DNA of 64,000 nucleotides, from contig CALDRG010000057.1 in the NCBI GenBank assembly GCA_937911265.1, forward strand, positions 19,025 through 83,024. Reading direction: 5' to 3'. Numbering within the stretch: the stretch's first letter is position 1; every line of letters starts with the position of its first letter. Shown one piece after another: positions 49,152 to 56,340 of this stretch. The translations under genes were made by a program, and so were the position numbers. The notes beneath the pieces were generated by a model. It searched no databases, had not been told where the DNA came from, and saw only the letters and a list, made by a program, of their open reading frames with translations. The stretch is from an uncultured euryarchaeote (GTDB lineage: Archaea; Thermoplasmatota; Poseidoniia; Poseidoniales; Thalassarchaeaceae).

Positions 49152-50150
49152 CTAAGGTATGAGATCCTCGTGTCCGCCAAACATATCCTGATCATCATCT
49201 TCGGGCGAGCCGGGGTTGGCCATCTCAACTGACAGATAATCCCCGAACAGCGGCCACATGGGGCCAAGCCACTCCATCTCCATTAGCAGAAGTTCCATCA
49301 CCGGGTGCTCTAGAATCTCGTCCTCAGTGGATTCCTCATCTAGGAGAGGCAGGTCGATAGGAAGGTCTCTGAGGGATATGATTAGTCCCTCCAACCTATC
49401 GATAGTTTCTTCTTCGATTTCTATTACTTCAGCCATCAGATCAAGTAAGTCTTCAAGGTGTTCAGCCAGAGAATGCGGATCTAGAGGAGATCTCTCCGAC
49501 TCAGCGAGATCCATTGGTCCGAAAACCACCCCTCCAAGGTCGGTATCCATCCAATCATTACCCTGCCGCTCCCTCTTGAGCAGCCTTTGGTGGAGCGGAC
49601 CTCCAAACGGACCTAGCACGAAGCCGCCTTCCTCGACCATCGACTCCACCTCGGGAGCTAGTCCCCTGACGGCTCCAGTGACAAGTACTCTGTCTACTCG
49701 TCTGCTGAAGTCCGCCCAACCCTCTATGGCATCAGGTGGCAACGCCCTCAGCAGGCCCATCGAGCGGTGTAGTTCCAATCTCTCGCTGGTATGCTGTAGG
49801 ACCTCATGGTGAGGCTCGATGATAGTCACAGTGCCGTCTGGACCGAGCATGCAATCGAGGAGTGAAGCAAGATACCCTCCCTTGGAACCCATCAACAGCA
49901 CGTGCTGCCCCTCTCTAATCTCAAGGTGGTGCAACAGGGTCGCTACCATGTGAGGGGCAGAAATGGTCTTGGCCGCACCGCTCTCAGTGACTAGGAATGG
50001 GACTGGTTTGTCCATCAGGAACGGCTCCGTGTCGTAGTCAGTAAAATTTCCAAGGTCAACGGAATTCATAGCTTCGGCGATTCTGTCATCGACTGGTACC
50101 CCTGCGGCCCTGAGCCGTTTGACCAAGTCGGAAATACCCTCCACACACAC
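49152..50150 (-). CDS. Protein-L-isoaspartate O-methyltransferase-like protein with acidic C-terminal extension
   Basis: TISAPHMVA, DRVLVTGA, EGGFVLGP; motif I degenerate (VLLMGSKGGY). Confidence 0.78.
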   Translation of the reverse strand: MCVEGISDLVKRLRAAGVPVDDRIAEAMNSVDLGNFTDYDTEPFLMDKPVPFLVTESGAAKTISAPHMVATLLHHLEIREGQHVLLMGSKGGYLASLLDCMLGPDGTVTIIEPHHEVLQHTSERLELHRSMGLLRALPPDAIEGWADFSRRVDRVLVTGAVRGLAPEVESMVEEGGFVLGPFGGPLHQRLLKRERQGNDWMDTDLGGVVFGPMDLAESERSPLDPHSLAEHLEDLLDLMAEVIEIEEETIDRLEGLIISLRDLPIDLPLLDEESTEDEILEHPVMELLLMEMEWLGPMWPLFGDYLSVEMANPGSPEDDDQDMFGGHEDLIP

Positions 50151-50209
50151 CCCTCTGTATTGTCATCCAGCCGCAGAGGATTTGAACACAACGCCCGTGC
50201 GCTCTCTTA

Positions 50210-50285
50210 GGGTCCGTGGTCTAGGGGTTATGACGTCGCTTTTACAAAGCGAAGATCGCAGGTTCAATTCCTGCCGGACCCACCA
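50210..50285 (+). tRNA. tRNA-Val (TAC)
   Basis: Acceptor GGGTCCG/CGGACCC, anticodon arm TCGCT-TT-TAC-AA-AGCGA, encoded CCA. Confidence 0.96.
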
Positions 50286-50381
50286 AGCGTAAAACGACGT
50301 CAGACTCCGTCAATCGCACTATTGAGTCCATATTTGACTCTGAGACGTGAGTGAAACTCTCAAGAGTGTCGGCCATGGCCG

Positions 50382-51071
50382 GTGAACGTGGTCGAAGAGA
50401 CTGCGGGACTGGCTTCCCGAGTGACCCGCCGACTTCGCATGCGAGGTTGGACCGTATCGACTGCCGAGTCTTGCACTGGAGGGCTGCTGGCATCATTGAT
50501 CACTGACATCTCCGGAGCGTCTGAATGGTTCAAGCAAGGATGGGTGGTCTACTCCAACGAGTCCAAGATGCGCGAGCTTGGTGTCGAGAAGACAGCATTT
50601 GACGAGGGCGAGGCCGGAGCTGTTTCGCACGAGGTCGCAGTGCAGATGGCTCAGGGAGCGCGCTACCAGTCGGACTCGGACGTGGCAATCTCCATCACTG
50701 GCATTGCTGGACCAGGAGGTGCGACCGCTGACAAGGAGGTCGGCAGGGTGCACGTGGCAGTAGTAACTGAGGATTATTTTCTAGTCAGGAGGATGGACTA
50801 TGGCGATAATGACCGGCTGGACAACAAACGCTCTTTCGCCGCCTTCGCATTCAGACTGGCCCTTGAGACTCTAGATAGGGTGGAAGAGAACGAGGAGAGA
50901 GAGTCCAAAGCGTCCAACGGGCAGGTCGAGAGTGCTGAGATAGACACCTCCGGGCTCGATCCGTCTGACGAGGAGTGGGAAGGCAGCATGATCTGGCAGG
51001 GCACCAAGAAGACGGTGGCCAAGGAGATCTCCGAGGTCGATCTCGCTTCACTCACAGATTGGGATGACTGA
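50382..51071 (+). CDS. CinA/PncC family nicotinamide-mononucleotide deamidase domain
   Basis: STAESCTGG, GASEWF, YSNESK, GAVS, ITGIAGPGG; acidic C-terminal tail. Confidence 0.92.
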   Translation: MNVVEETAGLASRVTRRLRMRGWTVSTAESCTGGLLASLITDISGASEWFKQGWVVYSNESKMRELGVEKTAFDEGEAGAVSHEVAVQMAQGARYQSDSDVAISITGIAGPGGATADKEVGRVHVAVVTEDYFLVRRMDYGDNDRLDNKRSFAAFAFRLALETLDRVEENEERESKASNGQVESAEIDTSGLDPSDEEWEGSMIWQGTKKTVAKEISEVDLASLTDWDD

Positions 51072-51142
51072 ATCGGTGCCTATGGCACCGGCACGGAATT
51101 CCTGCGATATTATCATGAGCGTTCCCGGCACACCCGCTGAGG

Positions 51143-52765
51143 ATGGTCGATGAGGAATGGGCGAATCGGCAGCGTCAACTGACCGCTGCGGGGCTGCTCG
51201 TGCTCGGTAAGGCGGCCCAAGAGAGGATTCAACGCCTCTCCGACATCTCATCCTTAATCGAAGCCGCCCAGAGATCGAATGTGGTAATGCTCAGTGAGAG
51301 GGCCGTGGAAGAGATGCTGACATTGGTCCCGACTGAGGAGGCCATCGATGCGCCTCAGGACATTCCAAGGTCCAAACAGGCAACTCTGCCGGACCCGGAG
51401 AGCCAATCTGCTATCGGCAGGACACTGGCACCCGTAGGGCCCCAGGTGCTCGCCCCTCCTGTGCGTCGCCACGGCCTTGATCACTACAATCTCGACGACT
51501 TCCCAATGCAGGCCAAGGATGTCGACTCGGAGATTGAGATTCACTTCGATATCACAGGCAACTCGACTACGGAGGGTAAGATGAGCGACATAAGGTCGTG
51601 CTTCTCTGACAGGCTGCGCCAGATTCGCCAGATGATGATCTCGGGCCAAGCTCTGCCGCGCCGCCCAATCAGTGTCTCGGAGGCGTGGCGCAATAGGCAG
51701 CGTCACTCGAGTCGAGATTACGAAGTCACTTTGGTGGGTCTTGTCAGCGTGGATAAGTGGTCCAAAGGAGGCTACCTGTGGTTTGATGTCGAAGACGACT
51801 CGATGCAGATTAGGTGTATGCTGAAGGAACCCTCTGGAGCATCTAACTTCCACCCATCACTGGATGGTCTGATGAATGACGATGTAGTCGGAGTCAGCGG
51901 GCACTTCGTGATAGGGAACAGGGACCCATATTTCTCGGTGAGCGACATCCACATGCCTCCATTGGGAAGGCATTCCAAGTCCGCTGCCAGCGAGGCCGAG
52001 GCCGTCTCAGCCGCTTTCCTGTCCGATGTTCATGTCGGCAGTAAGACCTTTCTAGCACCCCAATGGGAGAAGATGATTGAATGGTTCAGAAAAGACCCTC
52101 TAGCCCGGACTGTGAAGTACTTCGTACTGAGCGGCGACGGTGTCGACGGTGTGGGCATCTATCCGGGCCAGGAGCGTCACCTCGCCATCAAGGACCTGTT
52201 CAACCAGTACGGCGAGCTGGCAAGGCTACTGGAGGATCTGCCTGACTGGGTCGATTTGATGATCTTGCCGGGTAACCACGACGCGGTTCGTCCGGCCGAG
52301 CCGCAACCTGCGTTGGACCCAGAGGTCCAACAGGACTACTCGGACGCAGTGTTCGTGGGCAATCCCTGCGACTTCAGTCTGCACGGCGTCCGTATACTGG
52401 CATACCACGGCAAGAGCATCGATGACTTCGTCGCAGGACTTCGCTCTGTAACTTACTCATCACCGGAATTAGCGATGAGGGCAATGATGGAACGCAGGCA
52501 CCTAGCTCCGTCATGGGGCGGAAAGACCCCGCTTTCCCCCGAGCCGGAGGATAGAATGGTCATCTCGACTGTCCCCGACATCTTCGTGACCGGCCACGTG
52601 CATGGGCACTACGTCGGCAATCACAAAGGAACCACGATGGTACACAGTTCGACCTGGCAGGATCAGACCGACTACCAACGTATGCTGGGGTTCCAGCCCA
52701 AGCCCTGCATCCTGACAATCGTCAATCTGCATACGCACGCCACGGCCTCAATCCCCTTCGCCTGA
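51143..52765 (+). CDS. polB: DNA polymerase D small (exonuclease) subunit DP1
   Basis: OB fold followed by phosphoesterase motifs SDVH, GDGVDG, PGNHD, YHG, RHLAP, GHVH, STWQDQT. Confidence 0.95.
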   Translation: MVDEEWANRQRQLTAAGLLVLGKAAQERIQRLSDISSLIEAAQRSNVVMLSERAVEEMLTLVPTEEAIDAPQDIPRSKQATLPDPESQSAIGRTLAPVGPQVLAPPVRRHGLDHYNLDDFPMQAKDVDSEIEIHFDITGNSTTEGKMSDIRSCFSDRLRQIRQMMISGQALPRRPISVSEAWRNRQRHSSRDYEVTLVGLVSVDKWSKGGYLWFDVEDDSMQIRCMLKEPSGASNFHPSLDGLMNDDVVGVSGHFVIGNRDPYFSVSDIHMPPLGRHSKSAASEAEAVSAAFLSDVHVGSKTFLAPQWEKMIEWFRKDPLARTVKYFVLSGDGVDGVGIYPGQERHLAIKDLFNQYGELARLLEDLPDWVDLMILPGNHDAVRPAEPQPALDPEVQQDYSDAVFVGNPCDFSLHGVRILAYHGKSIDDFVAGLRSVTYSSPELAMRAMMERRHLAPSWGGKTPLSPEPEDRMVISTVPDIFVTGHVHGHYVGNHKGTTMVHSSTWQDQTDYQRMLGFQPKPCILTIVNLHTHATASIPFA

Positions 52766-53440
52766 ATCGGGAAAGTTCTCACCGTCATACAAATGCTGCC
52801 AGAGATCACGCAGATCATCGCCTTCTACCACCGGCACCCCTGCTCCCTTGAAGGCATCCACAGCCCTCTGCCGGGCCGGGTTGAAACCGATGAACTGAGA
52901 GCCAGGGATCATCATTGACAAGTCTGTGCTGGAATCTCCCACTGAGACGATTCCCGACGGGTCAATTCCCTCGATTCTAGCCAGTTTCTCCACCAACAGC
53001 CCCTTCTCGTGCGAGTTAACGCGCGAGGGAGTGGGCCCGCGCAGCCAACCGTCGTCATCCCAGTCGAAACCATTGGCGACCCAGTCATCGACCTTGAGCA
53101 TCGATGCTATACTCGCGACGAAGACATCTACGCCTGCGGAGACTATGGCCACGAAGACCCCCCTCTCCTGCAACTCGCGCACGACATCACGTGCCCCGGT
53201 CATCAGGGTGATGCCGGAATAGCATCGCGCGATGTCATCACGATGTATGCGAGGCTGCACTGCTGTCCATAGGCGTATGTCTTCTGCCATGAACTCGTCA
53301 TCGCTGATTTCACGATTGAGGAAACGTTCCAAGGTCTCGAGGTTTTCAGTCCCGAAGTAATCGTGAATGTTCTGCCACGAGGAGCCGTTGTCTGTGAGCA
53401 CACCATCGCAGTCAAAGACCACGGCACCAAGTTCACTCAT
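52748..53440 (-). CDS. HAD-superfamily phosphatase (phosphoserine phosphatase-like)
   Basis: FDCDGVLT motif I, VSAG motif II, K, VGDSSTDLSM motif IV. Confidence 0.88.
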   Translation of the reverse strand: MSELGAVVFDCDGVLTDNGSSWQNIHDYFGTENLETLERFLNREISDDEFMAEDIRLWTAVQPRIHRDDIARCYSGITLMTGARDVVRELQERGVFVAIVSAGVDVFVASIASMLKVDDWVANGFDWDDDGWLRGPTPSRVNSHEKGLLVEKLARIEGIDPSGIVSVGDSSTDLSMMIPGSQFIGFNPARQRAVDAFKGAGVPVVEGDDLRDLWQHLYDGENFPDSGEGD

Positions 53441-53517
53441 CGCCCCTTCGCGGTGCGCGGGTGGTATAGTCCCTGCGAGGGAGATGGGTTGATGGGAGCC
53501 GCTGAGTTCGGCGGTGC

Positions 53518-53775
53518 GTGGCTGACACAGGGAAGGCTGTCAAGGTTAGAATGCTGTTCTTCGGGCCACTAGCCGAGAGGTTAGGTGAACGCGAGATTGA
53601 GGTCGCACTCAAGTTTGGAACCACCGCCGAGCAACTAATCGACAGGTTCGAGCTCTCAGAATACCTCGATTCGGGCCTCAGAGTGGCAATCGACGGCCAG
53701 ATAGGAGCATCTCTTGATGTCCCATTGGCCGACTCTTCCGAGGTAGCCTTTCTCCCTCCTGTTTCTGGCGGTTGA
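53518..53775 (+). CDS. MoaD/ThiS-family ubiquitin-like protein (SAMP1-like)
   Basis: VRMLFFGPLAE, VAIDG, EVAFLPPVSGG. Confidence 0.92.
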   Translation: MADTGKAVKVRMLFFGPLAERLGEREIEVALKFGTTAEQLIDRFELSEYLDSGLRVAIDGQIGASLDVPLADSSEVAFLPPVSGG

Positions 53776-53830
53776 CGGGCCACCGAGCCGAAGCATTTGA
53801 ACGAGAACACTCTCACCTAGGGATGATAGC

Positions 53831-54040
53831 ATGGCAATAGGAACTACAGAGATGGCGATTCTGATTGGATTTGCAGTACTGTTCTTCGGCTCTAAGAAGA
53901 TACCAGAGTTGGCCCGCAGTCTTGGATTGGCCAAGGGCGAGTATGAAATGGCAGTGAGTGAGGTCAGAAGTCCATCCGAAGCCGAGCATGATATGGACAG
54001 AGGCGGCATGACTGATGATGTCGCTGACGAGGCCGAATAA
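53831..54040 (+). CDS. tatA: Twin-arginine translocase TatA/E subunit
   Basis: IGTTEM, LFFGSKKIPELARSLG. Confidence 0.93.
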   Translation: MAIGTTEMAILIGFAVLFFGSKKIPELARSLGLAKGEYEMAVSEVRSPSEAEHDMDRGGMTDDVADEAE

Positions 54041-54538
54041 TCAGTCCCTCTTACGACTCAGTTTGAGAGTGGAACCACAATCGGAACAGTTTCCCAGTTC
54101 TCGGCGGGAACTAGGTGTGTCGGGAGAGGGGAGTACCGCCCCGCACCCCGTGCAGCGCAACTCCCAGGACCAAAGTGAGCTTATGCCCTCCATGGTCACA
54201 GAGAGCCAAGGCACTCCACCTAACTCACACAAATTCTGTAGCCTGTAATCGTCAGTTGCCAGAGTTGCGGCCCTCTCGATGGCCAGCGCCAGCAATTCGA
54301 GGTCGACAGGTGACAGGCCAGCCATGTCTCCTGTGGTGGTGGCGAGGCCACTGGCTCGAGCAATCGCAGCAGATCCCGGAGATGCCCATTCTAGCGCTGC
54401 TGCGTCGAGCATAATCTCACGATCGGGCGATATTCGGGAGAGCTCAGCTCTCTGGGAGGGGACAACGAGGCTGCCACGCATTCTCTCCAGAGGCCACGCG
54501 ATTAGTGCAGCGGTGTCCAAGACCTCACCCGCCGCCAT
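54041..54538 (-). CDS. nob1: Nob1-like PIN-domain rRNA endonuclease with Zn ribbon
   Basis: VLDTAAL, LSPVDLELLALA, TDDYRLQN, CTGCG...CSDCG; start moved to 54538. Confidence 0.9.
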   Translation of the reverse strand: MAAGEVLDTAALIAWPLERMRGSLVVPSQRAELSRISPDREIMLDAAALEWASPGSAAIARASGLATTTGDMAGLSPVDLELLALAIERAATLATDDYRLQNLCELGGVPWLSVTMEGISSLWSWELRCTGCGAVLPSPDTPSSRRELGNCSDCGSTLKLSRKRD

Positions 54539-54637
54539 GCTCGGGCGGAGGCTGGCTGTGCTTTCAGGGGTCGCCTCCGTGCCTAGTCGGTGTCCGCGGG
54601 AAGCAACGTTCATCCCGAAAAGGATGGACGAAGGTAC

Positions 54638-55234
54638 GTGTTAGAGGGTGTTATAGGCTCGATAATCGATTGGGCGGGTGAATGGGGTCTGCTGGGTTTG
54701 GCCGTCGTTTCGGCCTCCGAAGCAGCCTTCCAACCAGCACCGCCCGACTTACTGGTCATCCCTATGGTCCTCGGGACTGATAGTTCCCTCGATATTCTAG
54801 CCATCGTCCTAGTCGCTACCTTATCGAGTGTGGCCGGAGCAGTAGGAGGATATGGAATCGGTGCCTATGCTGGCAGACCGATACTCGGGCGTTTTGCCAG
54901 CGATGCCACAGTTGCCAGACTCGATGCCCTGATGATTAGGTACGGGTCCGCGGGCATCTTCATTGCAGCTGTCTCTCCGATTCCCTACAAGGCGCTGGCA
55001 TGGGCGGCGGGAGCCGGTAGGATGGACCTCAGGATGTTCATCTTAGCGGGTCTCTTTGGTCGGGGTATAAGGTTCGGTATGGAGGGAATAGTGCTTGGGA
55101 TTTGGGGCGACGAGTTCCTCAATCTGATTGAGAACCCTTTAGCTTGGCTGGTCGGCGGATTATTGGGACTGTTACTGTTCTTGCCTTTGATGGGCTGGTG
55201 GTCGGGACTAGCGGAAGCAGCCGACAGCGAGTAA
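54638..55234 (+). CDS. YqaA/DedA (VTT domain) membrane protein
   Basis: SEAAFQPAPPDLL, SPIPYK, GRGIRF. Confidence 0.88.
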   Translation: MLEGVIGSIIDWAGEWGLLGLAVVSASEAAFQPAPPDLLVIPMVLGTDSSLDILAIVLVATLSSVAGAVGGYGIGAYAGRPILGRFASDATVARLDALMIRYGSAGIFIAAVSPIPYKALAWAAGAGRMDLRMFILAGLFGRGIRFGMEGIVLGIWGDEFLNLIENPLAWLVGGLLGLLLFLPLMGWWSGLAEAADSE

Positions 55235-55295
55235 TGATTCCTGACAAACGCGACAACCCACGACCCTTAACCCCTGCAAGCATCTCCGATTTCGC

Positions 55296-56288
55296 ATGGC
55301 AAGGGCGCCAGCGTGTGCAACACGCACGGTTTCCATCATTGCAGTGCTGACTACCCTGCTCATTGTTTCCGCTCCCTCCGTTGCCGCAGATCAGGAGGCC
55401 ACCTGGGTGCGAACATCCCCTGGTGTGTGGATGCTGGAGGACTCTCAGGGCCTGCTGCACGAGCCGCAGCCTGAGGCAGGACTGTTCCTCAGCCCTGTCG
55501 TGGGCGAGTTGGTAGATGTTTCAGTGAGTGGTTCGACGGCAGGGACATGGTCCATCAATGGAATCCTCTCATATGGCCAGCAGGAATTCCAGCAGGACGC
55601 CCCGGATTCTCAAGGTAGAGAACCGATCCTAGATTTCTCACTGCCAGTCGTTCCATATATCTCTGCATTCCTCGCAGTCATCCTTTTCTCTCTCGCTTTG
55701 GTTTCAGCGGGAGATGAGCCGACAAGGGCGAAGATGGTCAGGTCCATGGGCCGCTTCTCACAACTCAGGGTCACTGAGGGTTCCGGCACACTGGCCGGAA
55801 CCCACCAGAGAGGGCGACTCGAGGGCTTTCTTACTGCACATCCCGGCTGCCACCTCTCTGGCATAATTCGTGCTCTTGAGATGGGTAATCATCAGGCAGT
55901 GCACCATCTCAGAATTCTAGAGAACGAGGGCCGTGTGTGGTGCAGGCGCGACGGTCGCCTACTGCGCTACTACACTTCGGCAGTCGACCGCGCCGCAGAG
56001 TTATCCAACCTACCTCGTCCGGTCGATGCCAATCAACTCAGTGATGTGGCTCTGATGGTGCTGCGCTCGATAGTCGAGCAAGAGGATGGACGACCCTCTC
56101 CGACACAGAGGGAATTAGCATCGAGACTTGAGACTAGTCAGCAACTGGTGGGGCACCATCTGAAGAGACTTGAATCGCAGGGACTAATCACCCGCAAAAG
56201 GAGTGGATTGCGCACCAATCGCCAGCTTACGGAAGAGGGTATGAGGCTATGGGCGACGCTTGTAGAACCTCTCTCTTCGAGGCTTTGA
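55296..56288 (+). CDS. Membrane-anchored winged-helix transcription regulator (signal peptide, extracellular domain, TM, two wHTH)
   Basis: Signal peptide ending PSVAA; TM VPYISAFLAVILFSLALV; wHTH1 HPGCHLSGIIRALEMGNHQAVHHLRILE; wHTH2 TQRELASRLETSQQLVGHHLKRLE. Confidence 0.8.
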   Translation: MARAPACATRTVSIIAVLTTLLIVSAPSVAADQEATWVRTSPGVWMLEDSQGLLHEPQPEAGLFLSPVVGELVDVSVSGSTAGTWSINGILSYGQQEFQQDAPDSQGREPILDFSLPVVPYISAFLAVILFSLALVSAGDEPTRAKMVRSMGRFSQLRVTEGSGTLAGTHQRGRLEGFLTAHPGCHLSGIIRALEMGNHQAVHHLRILENEGRVWCRRDGRLLRYYTSAVDRAAELSNLPRPVDANQLSDVALMVLRSIVEQEDGRPSPTQRELASRLETSQQLVGHHLKRLESQGLITRKRSGLRTNRQLTEEGMRLWATLVEPLSSRL

Positions 56289-56340
56289 CAAATCCAATGA
56301 CCCACTTTCCTTTAAGGTGAAAAGAGGCGCCCTCTGGTTG

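Noticed and set aside
23423-50285. Near-identity of the two tRNA-Val genes as a mobile duplication
   Set aside because: They are ordinary isoacceptors (CAC and TAC) with compensatory stem differences.
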